Positions 28,401 through 41,206 of a DNA stretch of 64,000 bases are shown here, one piece after another. The translations under genes were made by a program, and so were the position numbers. Below the pieces are notes generated by a model. That model saw only the letters and a list, made by a program, of their open reading frames with translations, made no database searches and was not told the origin of the DNA. This stretch comes from Eledone cirrhosa (Eukaryota). The DNA is taken from positions 352,408,001 to 352,472,000 of the forward strand of contig OZ024741.1 of assembly GCA_964016885.1 (NCBI GenBank), in the 5' to 3' direction. The stretch's first letter is position 1. Each line of letters begins with the position of its first letter.

Positions 28401-31400
28401 GTACAACCATACACATACATATATACCAGTACAACCATACACATACATATATACCAGTACAACCATACACATACACACATACCAGTACAACCATACACAT
28501 ACATATATACCAGTACAACCATACACATACATATATACCAGTACAACCATACACATACATATATACCAGTACAACCATACACATACACACATACCAGTAC
28601 AGCCATACACATACACACATACCAGTACAACCATACACATACATTTATACCAGTACAGCCATACACATACATATATACCAATACAACCATACACATACAT
28701 ATATACCAGTACAACCATACACATACATATATACCAGTACAACCATACACATACACACATACCAGTACAGCCATACACATACATATATACCAGTACAACC
28801 ATACACATACATATATACCAGTACAACCATACACATACACACATACCAGTACAACCATACACATACACACATACCAGTACAGCAATACACATACATATAT
28901 ACCAGTACAACCATACACATACATATATACCAGTACAATCATACATATATATATATAACAGTACAACCATACACATACATATATACCAGTACAACCATGC
29001 ACATACATATATACCAGTACAACCATACACATACACACATACCAGTACAACCATACACATACATATATACCAGTACAACCATACACATACACACATACCA
29101 GTACAACCATACACATACATATATACCAGTACAACCATACACATACATATATACCAGTACAACCATACACATACACACATACCAGTACAACCATACACAT
29201 ACATATATACCAGTACAACCATACACATACACACATACCAGTACAGCCATACACATACATATATACCAGTACAACCATACACATACATATATACCAGTAC
29301 AACCATACACATACACACATACCAGTACAACCATACACATACACACATACCAGTACAGCCATACACATACATATATACCAGTACAACCATACACATACAT
29401 ATATACCAGTACAATCATACATATATATATAACAGTACAACCATACACATACATATATACCAGTACAACCATACACATACATATATACCAGTACAACGAT
29501 ACACATACACACATACCAGTACAACCATACACATACATATATACCAGTACAACCATACACATACACACATACCAGTACAACCATACACATACATATATAC
29601 CAGTACAACCATACACATACACACATACCAGTACAACCATACACATACATATATACCAGTACAACCATACACATACACACATACCAGTACAACCATACAC
29701 ATACACACATACCAGTACAGCCATACACATTCACACATACCAGTACAACCATACACATACAGACATACAAGTACAAACATACACATACATATATACCAGT
29801 ACAACCATACACATACATATATACCAGTACAACCATACACATACATATATACCAGTACAACCATACACATACATATATACCAGTACAACCATACACATAG
29901 ACACATACCACTACAACCATACACATACATATATACCAGTACAACCATACACATACATATATACCAGTACAACCATACACATACACACATACCAGTACAA
30001 CCATACCCATACACACATACCAATACAGCCATACACATACATATATACCAGTACAACCATACACATACATATATACCAGTACAACCATACACATACATAT
30101 ATACCAGTACAACCATACACATACACACATACCAGTACAACCATACGCATACACACATACCAGTACAGCCATACACATACACACATACCAGTACAACCAC
30201 ACACATACAGATATACCAGTACAACCATACACATACATATATACCAGTACAAGCATACACATAAATATATACCAGTACAACCATACACATACATATATAC
30301 CAGTAAACCATACATATACATATATATCAGTACAACCATACACATACACACATACCAGTACAACCATACACACACATATATACCAGTACAACCATACACA
30401 TACACACATACCAGTACAACCATACACATACACACATACCAGTACAGCCGTACACATACACACATACCAGTACAACCATACACATACAGACATACCAGTA
30501 CAACCACACACATACATATATACCAGTACAACCATACACATACATATATACCAGTACAACCATACACATACATATATACCAGTACAACCATACACATACA
30601 CACATACCAGTACAACCATACACATACATATATACCAGTACAACCATACACATATATATATACCAGTACAACCATTCACATATACACATACCAATACAAC
30701 CATACACATACATATATACCAGTACAACCATACACATACATATATACCAGTACAACCATACACATACATATATACCAGTACAATCATACACATACACACA
30801 TACCAGTACAACCACACACATACATATATACCAGTACAACCGTACATATATATATATACCAGTACAACCATACACATACACACATACCAGTACAACCATA
30901 CACATACACGCATAGCAGTACAACCATACACATACAAATATACCAGTACAACCATACACATACATATATACCAGTACAACCATACAGATACATATATACC
31001 AGTGCAACCATACACATACATATATACCAGTCCAACCATACACATACATATATACCAGTACAGCGATACACATACATATATACCAGTACAACCATACACA
31101 CATACCAGTACAACCATACACAGATATATACCAGTACAACCATACACATACATATTTATCAGTACAACCATACATATATATATTCCAGGACAACCATACA
31201 CATACATATATACCAGTACAACCATACACATACATATATACCAGTACAACCATACATATATATATATACCAGTACAACCATACACATACATATATACCAG
31301 TACAACCATACACGTACATATATACCAGTACAACCATACACATACACACATACCAGTACAACCATACACATACATATATACCAGTACAACCATACACATA

Positions 31401-31603
31401 CATATATACCAGTACAACCATACACATACATATATACCAGTACAACCATACACATACACACATACCAGTACAGCCATACACATACATATATACCAGTACA
31501 GCCATACACATACATATATACCAGTAGAACCATACACATACACACATACCAGTACAACCATACACATACACACATACCAGTACAACCATACACATACATA
31601 TAT
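25468..31603. repeat. 28-bp minisatellite ACCAGTACAACCATACACATACA(T/C)A(T/C)AT, roughly 220 units
   Basis: Regular 28-nt periodicity over ~6.1 kb; explains the long H/T/Y/I ORFs. Confidence 0.97.
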
Positions 31604-31703
31604 AGTGAGGGTAGAAAGTGAAGGGAAAAGAGAAGACAAATTAAAACAATTATTTTAACTTGTCTTATTTTTGTCCCAGTTTTATCTATTTTTATTACTT
31701 TTT

Positions 31704-31890
31704 GCGGTGAATTGGCAGTATCGGTAGAGTGTCGGACGCCATGCTTTCCAGCATAGTTATGTCCCTTTACGGTCTGAGTTCAAATCCCGTCGAGGTTAAG
31801 TTTGCCTTTCATCCTTACGGGGTCGATAAAATAAAGTACCAGTAATGTACTGGGTAATTGCTGGCCTTGTGCCAAAAGTAGAAACAATTA
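31704..31890 (+). mobile_element. OR2-like SINE, full length
   Basis: Matches the other copies end to end. Confidence 0.87.
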
Positions 31891-32009
31891 TATTTTATCT
31901 CCTATTGTGGTTTGATCGTTCATTTTTATCTTTAAAACTTTCTGACTTCCACATCTTTAATTTAGTTCCATCTTTTCCTTTTAATTCATTCATTCATTCG
32001 TGCTTTCGT

Positions 32010-32056
<47 letters not shown>

Positions 32057-32132
32057 ATCTTTCTTTCTTTCTTTCTCTTTCTCTGTTTGTTTCTTTCTTT
32101 CTTTTCATTCATTTTGCCTTTCTTTCTTCCAC

Positions 32133-32172
<40 letters not shown>

Positions 32173-33133
32173 TTTCTTCCCTTTTCCCCCTCCTCTCTCT
32201 CTTTCTCTCTCTGTTTGCTTGTTTGTTTATTTGTTTCTTTGTTTCTTTCCTTTTCATCATTAAAAAAAATAAAACTTGAGATTTTTCTATAATTACTTGA
32301 AGAACATCTGAACTGATGAAAAAAATAATTTCACAGGTCAGAGTAAAGAAATTCTTTAAAATATCAAAAGTTGAAAAGAAGGCACCTTTCTTTTTCTCTC
32401 TCATACTCTCTTCTCTGTCCCCCTCTCTCTCTCTCTCACTATCTTACATACACACTCTCTCTCACATATACTCTCTCTCATCCACTCTCTCTCTCTCTCT
32501 TTTACTCACACACACTTTCTCCTCCCTCTCACTCACTCTCTCTCTCTTACTCACACACACTTTCTCCTCTCTCTTTCTCTCTCTCATACTCACACACCCT
32601 TTCTTCTCTCTCGTACTCTCTTACATCCTTTCTCCTCTTTCTCTCTCACACACTGACACATACCCCCCCCCCTCTCTCTCTCACGCACTTTCTCCTCTCT
32701 CTCACACATATACACCCCTCTCCCTCCCTCAGGAACATTCTGTCCTAAGCAAAGTTTTTGCTTTTGTTTTAATATCTGGTAAATGTCATAGCTGCAAGAT
32801 ATTTATATGTTCATTAATTTAATTCTGGTCTGTGTGTGTTCTTCAGTCCCTACACCCCGACTCTGTTGTCTTAGTCGACACCACCACGACCACCACGACG
32901 ACCACCATCACCACCTCCACCACGACCACCGCTGCCGCCAACAGCAGCAACAGCAGTACCACCACCACCACCACCACCACCACCACCACTTGTGTCGCTA
33001 TTTTGCAAGATTGCTATTTGGTCAATATCTAGATCTATGTGGCAGTGAACTGAGTAAACTGTGCCTTAAGATATCTTAGACATCCGCTGTTTGTTAGTTA
33101 CTCTGCCTGCTACCATTTATTTAATAAGGGCTG

Positions 33134-34210
33134 AACATTTCCAGCCGAGAACTTAGTAGAAATATTGAGGAAGCGATGGACATTGCCAGCCGAGAATTTA
33201 CCAGAAATATTGAGGAAGCGATGGACATTGCCAGCCGAGAATTTACCAGAAATATTGAGGAAGTGATGGACATTGCCAGCCGAGAATTTACCAGAAATAT
33301 TGAGGAAGCGATGGACATTGCCAGCCGAGAATTTACCAGAAATATTGAGGAAGCGATGGACATTGCCAGCCGAGAATTTACCAGAAATATTGAGGAAGCG
33401 ATGGACATTGCCAGCCGAGAATTTACCAGAAATATTGAGGAAGCGATGGACATTGCCAGCCGAGAATTTACCAGAAATATTGAGGAAGCGATGGACATTG
33501 CCAGCCGAGAATTTACCAGAAATATTGAGAAAGTGTTGAACATTGCTAGCTGAGAATTTACCAGAAATATTGAGAAAGTGTTGAACATTGCTAGCCGAGA
33601 ATTTACCAGAAATATTGAGAAAGTGTTGAACATTGCCAACCGAGAATTTACCAGAAATATTGAGAAAGTGTTGAACATTGCCAGCCGAGAATTTACCAGA
33701 AATATTGAGAAAGCGTTGAACATTGCCAGCCGAGAATTTACCAGAAATATTGAGAAAGCGTTGAACATTGCCAGCCGAGAATTTACCAGAAATATTGAGA
33801 AAGCGTTGAACATTGCCAGCCGAGAATTTACCAGAAATATTGAGAAAGTGTTGAACATTGCCAGCCGAGAATTTACCAGAAATATTGAGAAAGTGTTGAA
33901 CATTGCCAGCCGAGAATTTACCAGAAATATTGAGAAAGTGTTGAACATTGCTAGCTGAGAATTTACCAGAAATATTGAGAAAGTGTTGAACATTGCCAGC
34001 CGAGAATTTACCAGAAATATTGAGAAAGTGTTGAACATTGCTAGCCGAGAATTTACCAGAAATATTGAGAAAGTGTTGAACATTGCTAGCCGAGAATTTA
34101 CCAGAAATATTGAGAAAGTGTTGAACATTGCCAGCCGAGAATTTACCAGAAATAACGATGAATGTTGAATATTGCCAGCCGAGAGGAAGCGCTGAACATT
34201 GCCAGTAGAG
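33134..34210. repeat. 45-bp minisatellite, ~23 units, in two variant blocks
   Basis: Unit CATTGCCAGCCGAGAATTTACCAGAAATATTGAG(GAAGCGATGGA or AAAGTGTTGAA). Confidence 0.96.
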
Positions 34211-34413
34211 AAATTATCATCAGAGAGAGAAAGAGAGAGTGTGTGTGCGTGCGTGTGTGTGTGTGTGTGTGTGTGTGCATGATTTCAATATGAAATATGA
34301 TTTAAAAGACTTTGCCATATGTGCTATTAACTAAGACACGGCCTGAGACCAATCAAAATTATAAAAGTTATATATCTTTATAATAAAACACAAGTGTCAT
34401 CTTCTACCTCCTC

Positions 34414-34449
<36 letters not shown>

Positions 34450-34738
34450 TTAAAATATATGTATTTAGGAACAATTTAGTCCGTACCCTCAATCAATCTG
34501 AAAAGCGTACACGCAATAATGCTTTCTAGAATTAATAAAACAAATTATCAATAAAAATAGTTGACATTTATTTATATTTTCAAAAGATTTCCTAATTCGA
34601 TAGTTTTCATCGACATTTATTTACATTTAAATAACTATTAATGTAAACAATGTATTTGTTAAATAAATGATCTTTTTTGAAATTATAAATATGTTTTTTA
34701 AGAACCAATTTTGCCAATAAAACCACACGCGCTATTTG

Positions 34739-34946
34739 ACTTTCACTTCACGCTTATTATCATAAGTTATTGGTTATTTTGTCAAAACTCTTTTGTCACA
34801 CATTCTGTGACCTCCTCAATAACTATTTGTTCTTTGAAGAGGAGGCACCGAGAAGAACCAATAATCATTAAGGTCACATAATGTGTGATGAAAGAGCTTT
34901 GATAAAAATAACCAGCAACTAATGATAATAAAGCTGAAGTGAAAGT
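34739..34946. repeat. Diverged fold-back palindrome
   Basis: Arms are imperfect reverse complements; the right arm is homologous to 49140-49190. Confidence 0.7.
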
Positions 34947-34951
34947 GAGAT

Positions 34952-35136
34952 AATTGTTTCTACTTTTGGCACAAGGCCAGCCATTACCAGTGCATTACTG
35001 GTACATTATTTTATCGCCCCTGTAAGGATGAAAGGCAAAGTTAACCACGGCGGAATTTGAACTCGGAACGTAAAGGGCCATAACTCTATGCTGCAAAACA
35101 TGGTGTCTGACGCTCTACCGATACTGCCAATCCACC
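34952..35136 (-). mobile_element. OR2-like SINE
   Basis: Reverse complement of the SINE consensus. Confidence 0.85.
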
Positions 35137-35546
35137 ACTAAAGAGTGTAATTTTATTGTCAAAATTGGCAAAATGACCATCCTTAAATATAACAATAACT
35201 GTTTCATCACGATTTCATATCAAGAATATTGCATAACAAATACAGAAATGTAATTTTTGGAGAAAGTTTTTTTCAAATAATGTTTTCCTTAAAACTATTA
35301 TACTTTAAGTTGAGCCAACTTATACAGCTTCATATGCAATTGAGGCTAATCAGCCCACCTACACAGGAGAAAATATATAGTATTTCAAGCTCCAGCAGAG
35401 AGCAGGGAAGCACTGTCCTGATGAGAGCGAAATGCAGTTGTCTCTCGCTGCTTCTGCTGGAATCCGGTAGACGGCGCAGGCCGCCAACCTTTCAATAATC
35501 ATAGTTGGGCTTTCAAAATGTTTATTTATTAAACATACCGTATATT

Positions 35547-35940
35547 TTTAGATATACGAAATTCACATACATATATGTATACATATATGTATGTAAATTT
35601 AGATATACGAAATTCACATACATATATGTATACATATATGTATGTGAATATAGATATACGAAATTCACATACATATATGTATACATATATGTATGTGAAT
35701 ATAGATATACGAAATTCACATACAAATATGTATACATATATGTATGTAAATTTAGATATACGAAATTCACATACAAATATGTATACATATATGTATGTGA
35801 ATTTAGATATACGAAATTCACATACAAATATGTATACATATATGTATGTGAATTTAGATATACGAAATTCACATACATATATGTATACATATATGTATGT
35901 AAATTTAGATATACGAAATTCACATACATATATGTATATG
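35547..35940. repeat. 51-bp minisatellite (~8 units) built from a 42-bp palindrome
   Basis: AAATTCACATACATATATGTA|TACATATATGTATGTGAATTT plus 9-bp spacer AGATATACG. Confidence 0.93.
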
Positions 35941-36024
35941 CCGAAGCTAAATTTTAATTCTATAAATAATTGTTTTTGAAGATTATTTTTTTAAAATTGT
36001 TTACCTTTTACACACACACACACG

Positions 36025-36085
<61 letters not shown>

Positions 36086-36900
36086 CTGAAACGAAGCTGT
36101 CGAATACATATATAAACATTCCTATATATATCTATATCTATGTTTGTGTGTTTATATATGCATATATAAAATTTATCTAAAAGGCAACCGTAAGACCGAA
36201 ATTTAGTAAAGAATTCCAAGCATATTTGATGAATTTTTGTTTTCTAAGCTTCATTCACTAAATCTGTAGGTGTATCATTGAAAGATAGGGATGGGGCAAT
36301 GACATCCAGTACTTCCCGTCACCTTGCTGATTGACCCCGAAGCTTGGTCAGGCAACGATAACGATGTATCAAAAGATGACGATGATATTGGAGTTGACGA
36401 ATTTGATTTTCTATGCGTTTATTTTTCTATTTTAATCTTGCAGCATCACTAAAAATAGAACATATGCCTGAAGGACACATAAATATAAACACAAACAACT
36501 AAACATGTTTTGGGTGGCATGTATGGTTAATTTTATCTATGCATCAACAGTGAATAAATGTTTGTGCATAAGTTTTATCATAACTTTGCAGATTTCCCAG
36601 CTAACCAATGGAGTTATATAATTACAGAGATGCCAGATTAAATTCATAAGAAATAGTATCGAAAAATATTCAAAATTTGCAGGTTGTGTTCGAAAGTAGG
36701 CTCAAATGAAAAATTTACTAGAAAATTAAAAAAATTTGAGATATATTGCGTTGTTATAGCAAACTTTTTCGCGTGTGAAATCATAGTAGGTGTTCTCTGA
36801 CGCAGACCGTGGGACGAGGAGACACCCAACCACGTTGGGGTGGGTGAGAAATGTCTTCTCTTGTGAAATGGGGATAGCTTTCATTATGTAAAATCTCCTA

Positions 36901-37093
36901 AAATTTAGGGCGGTGAATTGGCAGTATCGGTAGAGGGTCGGACATGCTTTCCAGCATAGTTACGTCGCCTTACGATCTGAGTTCAAATCCTGCCGAGGTT
37001 AACTTTGCCTTTCATCCTTACGGGGTCGATAAAATAAAGTACCAGTAACGTACTGGGTAATTGCTGGCCTTGTGCCAAATGTAGAAACAATTA
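36901..37093 (+). mobile_element. OR2-like SINE inserted in a CAGACCTG MITE
   Basis: Flanking duplication ATTATGTAAAATCTCCT; the MITE sequence resumes after the SINE. Confidence 0.85.
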
Positions 37094-38459
37094 TGTAAAA
37101 TCTCCTCATTTTTGCCTCATTTCTCCCCGTTTTGGAACACATTTTTTCATGATACTCCCCATTTGAGTTTTTAGAGGTTGGCAAGTTTGCTTAAGGTTAC
37201 CCTAAATCTTCAAATATACACTGCGTTTTAGCATATATGTTTATTATTTGTATATATAAAGATTGTCTGCAGGTCGTTCTAATTTATTTAGATGATAATT
37301 TAATATGATATTTAATTCAATTCTTACATTTACAAATAAATATTTTAAAGCATCAAATAACCTATATTAAATAAAAGATATTAGTAACGTGGAATCTTGT
37401 GAAGTAGCATAATCTGTTACTTGTAGTTCACTCTGACTACCATGCATACTAATTCCATACATGCAGGAGCCTTTAAAGCTTGATGGAGTCGCAGGGGCGC
37501 CATCGACATACGGTGTGTCTTGGGCTTATTTCTTTCCAGGTCCCAAAAGAGCCATTTTCTTCCAGATAAAATGTAAGAGATAGCGAGAAAAGGGGTATAA
37601 AAGAAGGATGGACCCCAGTACTGGACTGGTTCTTTATTTATCGACCCCGAAAGGGTGAAAGGCAATGCTGACTTCGGTGGCATTTGAACTCAGAGTCCAG
37701 AGAGCCGAAACGTATATCACAAATCATTATAGACGACATTCTAACAACTCTGCTTACTGTACATATCTCCATCCACAACAGTCATGAACATTGAAAAGTC
37801 TGTGCAATAACCGTAAGCCCCTTAATTCAAACCTGCCAACTTCTAAAAACCTAAACGGAGAGTAACATGAAAAAAGTGTCCCAAAACGAGGAGCAATGAT
37901 GCAAAATCTAAAAAGATTTTATTTAATGAAAGCTAAACCCATTTTCACAAAGTGGGTGAGAGATCTTCCCGTCGCATTCCGGGGGAGAGTTGACAGGTCT
38001 GCCTTAATTTGTTCCGCACATTTAAAAAATCTACATAAAATATTATATAATTTAAAAGAGATTCACAAGCACCAACATTTTAGCTCCTTCTTACTATGTG
38101 GTTAATGTCTTCCAATTACCCTTTAGAATTTATATGAACCTTTGCCTAGTAACCGTCATGAAATGGTCGTAATGGTCATGAGAAAATATGCTGAGTACAG
38201 TAAGATGTCAAAATATGGAATACATTGCCAATAGCCCAGAGAAAGTTTCAGACTTCCGAAACACACAGGAAGAAGATACAAAAACAACAACAAAAATAAC
38301 AACAAAAACAACAACAAAAATAACAACAACAAACAAACAAAAATCCGAAGTATTTTTTTTAACACTGAAGAAATAATATTGTCTTTATACCTTGGGCAAC
38401 TAAACATTATTACCACCACCACTACTACCACCTCTACCAACACTATATACATTACCACC

Positions 38460-39100
38460 ACAATCACCACGACATTCACCACCGCCGTCACCAACCTCGC
38501 CACCACCACCACCACAAACAGAACCACCACGACATTCACCGTCGCCGCAACCACCAGAACTACCACGACATTCACCGCCGCCATCAACCTCGCCACCGCC
38601 GCCACAACCACCACGACATTCACCGCCGCCACCAACCTCGCCACCGCCGCCACAACTACCACGACATTCACCGCCGCCATCAACCTCGCCACCGCCGCCA
38701 CAACCACCACGACATTCACCGCCGCCACCAACCTCGCCACCGCCGCCACAACTACCACGACATTCACCGCCGCCATCAACCTCGCCACCGCCGCCACAAC
38801 CACCACGACATTCACCGCCGCCATCAACCTCGCCACCGCCGCCACAACCACCACGACATTCACCGCCGCCACCAACCTCGCCACCGCCGCCACAACCACC
38901 ACGACATTCACCGCCGCCACCAACCTCGCCACCGCCGCCACAGCCACCACGACATTCACCGCCGCCATCAACCTCGCCACCGCCGCCACAACCACCACGA
39001 CATTCACCGCCGCCACCAACCTCGCCACCGCCGCCACCAACCTCGCCACCGCCGCCACAACCACCAGAACCACCACGACATTCGTTGCCGTCACCAACCT
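38460..39100. repeat. 48-bp GC-rich minisatellite derived from (ACC/GCC)n
   Basis: Unit ACCACGACATTCACCGCCGCCA(T/C)CAACCTCGCCACCGCCGCCACAACC, about 10 units plus degenerate flanks. Confidence 0.92.
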
Positions 39101-39989
39101 CGCCGCCGCCACCACCCTCACCGTCGCCACCAGCCATGCCGCCGTCACCACAGCCAGCACCACCACCACGACAATCGCCGCCGCCAGAACCACCAAAACC
39201 ACCACGCCACCAACCTCTCAACCGCCGCCAACACCACCACCACCACCACCACCATTGCCCCCCAAAGATGTTTAGCGATTTAATTCTTGATTGCAGGAAA
39301 TTAATATATATTTAATTCAATTATGCAAATTTGTATAAAGCTGCGATCCTTTAAGTGTCAGTAGAGCGCCCAAGGCGGCAGCCTACTTTCCCTTAATGGT
39401 AGCACTTGTCCCTACACACATACACGTACATACACACACATACACACACATACACACATACAAACACATAAAACACACGTACACACACACACACACACAC
39501 TCACTACCTCACACACATACATAAATACACACACACACACACACACATACACACAAGCACACATAAAAACACACAAGCACCCACCCCACACACACACACA
39601 CACACTCATACACATGTAAATAAATGTTTCACCATGAACAAGAAGGCAGTGGGTGGAAGGTTTGTTCGGGGGTGGGGGGTGGGGGTGGGCTGCAAATATT
39701 AAAGGAAAAATAACAAGGAAAGAAAGAAAAGAAATAGGACAAGGAAACAAAAGGAGACCAACAACAACAACAACAATGACAACAACAACAACAATGACAA
39801 CGACAACAACAACAATGACAACAACAACAACAACAATGACAACAACAACAACAACAACAACAATGACAACAACAAAAATGACCTCAACAACAACAATGAA
39901 AACAACAACAAAACGACCCCCACCCCTACCCCACCGCCACCAACAAGAATGACAACAACAATAGCACCCCCACCACCACCACCACCACC

Positions 39990-40021
<32 letters not shown>

Positions 40022-40304
40022 CAACAACAATAACAACAACAATAGCAATAAATAACTAAAAAAAAACAATAACTTAGGAAATTCAGGAAAAGACAAAAAT
40101 TAGGGTAAATGCTGGTGATGTGGTGTTTGGAATGCGAATAATTGACGGGGGACACTTAACGACGAGGTGACGTGGTGGTGGTAGTGGTGGTAGTGGTGGT
40201 AGTAAGGAGACAAGATGTCAAGATCTGCTGATGATGCGTCACAGTCATAGTAGCCAAATTATGTATGTATGTATGTATGTATGTATGTATGTATGTATGT
40301 ATAT

Positions 40305-40920
40305 GTCAGGTCACCAGTTGGTGCTACTGGTAACATGTATCCCAGTACAACCTGTCTCATGGTCGGGTCGTTGGCGACTAAACTGGCAACCCCACCAAGG
40401 TATCTTGGTGAGGAGGGTGACTTTGGACATCCTGCAGGACTAAAAACAAAACCTGTCAAAGGGCAAAGGAGCTCTTAAGAGTCAATGGCCATCCAAAATC
40501 ACCGGGAGAGATGACCCCTTAGCCTTTGTCAAGGCAGAATTCTAGGAGAAGGAAAACTCTGATATAACACCTGCAACCCTGATGGTATCCAATGATGTTG
40601 ACTTGTTCTTCTTTTTGGTAAATATCATCTTGGTTAAGAGAGTGGGACTGGCTTTGTGCAGTGCCTTTGCTCACTATAAAAAGTTCACGGCACAGGCATT
40701 GCTTTATATCTGGAGATCTCTCTGCACTTGTCCTCACATGGTACCATGGGCCCAGCACTATGTGTCAATAATTGTCACAAGTGTAGTGTTTGTACCAGAG
40801 TTTTCAAGTCGCTGGCTGGACTAAAAAGTCACACTCGTTCAGCGCTTCGGTAGGGGTTCCCCTACATGGATATAAAGTAGTGGCCGTACTCGAAAACGAG
40901 TTGGCAGCCACCACCATGTA
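40305..40920 (+). mobile_element. Rearranged RTE-like LINE remnant between (TATG)n tracts
   Basis: 5' block shared with 57820-57960(-); 3' piece encodes C2H2-like CTRVFKSLAGLKSHTR followed by a short UTR and TATG repeats. Confidence 0.55.
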
Positions 40921-41174
40921 TGTATGTATGTGTGTATGTATGTATGTATCTAGGTATGTATGTAGGTATGTATGTAGGTATGTATGTACGTATGTAGGTA
41001 TGTATGTATGAACCCCGTAACTACCGATGGAGTCGTAAGGGGCACCGTCGTCATTGTCGTAATATACGTCTTGGGCATTTTATATCTGGCGGAGACCATC
41101 TCCTCCACAGGTAGAACACTACTGCCGATTTCTTCCAGAGAGAGAGAGATAGATAGAGAGATAGATAGATAGAT

Positions 41175-41206
<32 letters not shown>

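Noticed and set aside
25392-31658. ORFs up to 1250 aa (H/T/Y/I-rich)
   Set aside because: Artefact of the 28-bp minisatellite; open in many frames, unit length not a multiple of three, no domain content
32807-33079. His/Gln- or Thr-rich ORFs
   Set aside because: Translations of (CAC)n and (CAG)n trinucleotide repeats
35418-35432. CTGATGA-GAGC-GAAA as a hammerhead
   Set aside because: Stems I and III cannot be formed; kept only as part of a hairpin finding
33134-35940. CRISPR-like appearance of the 45-bp and 51-bp arrays
   Set aside because: No unique spacers, no cas genes, eukaryotic context
36180-36480. Possible minus-strand exon after a TCCTTCAG acceptor
   Set aside because: All three frames contain early stops and show no recognisable protein motif
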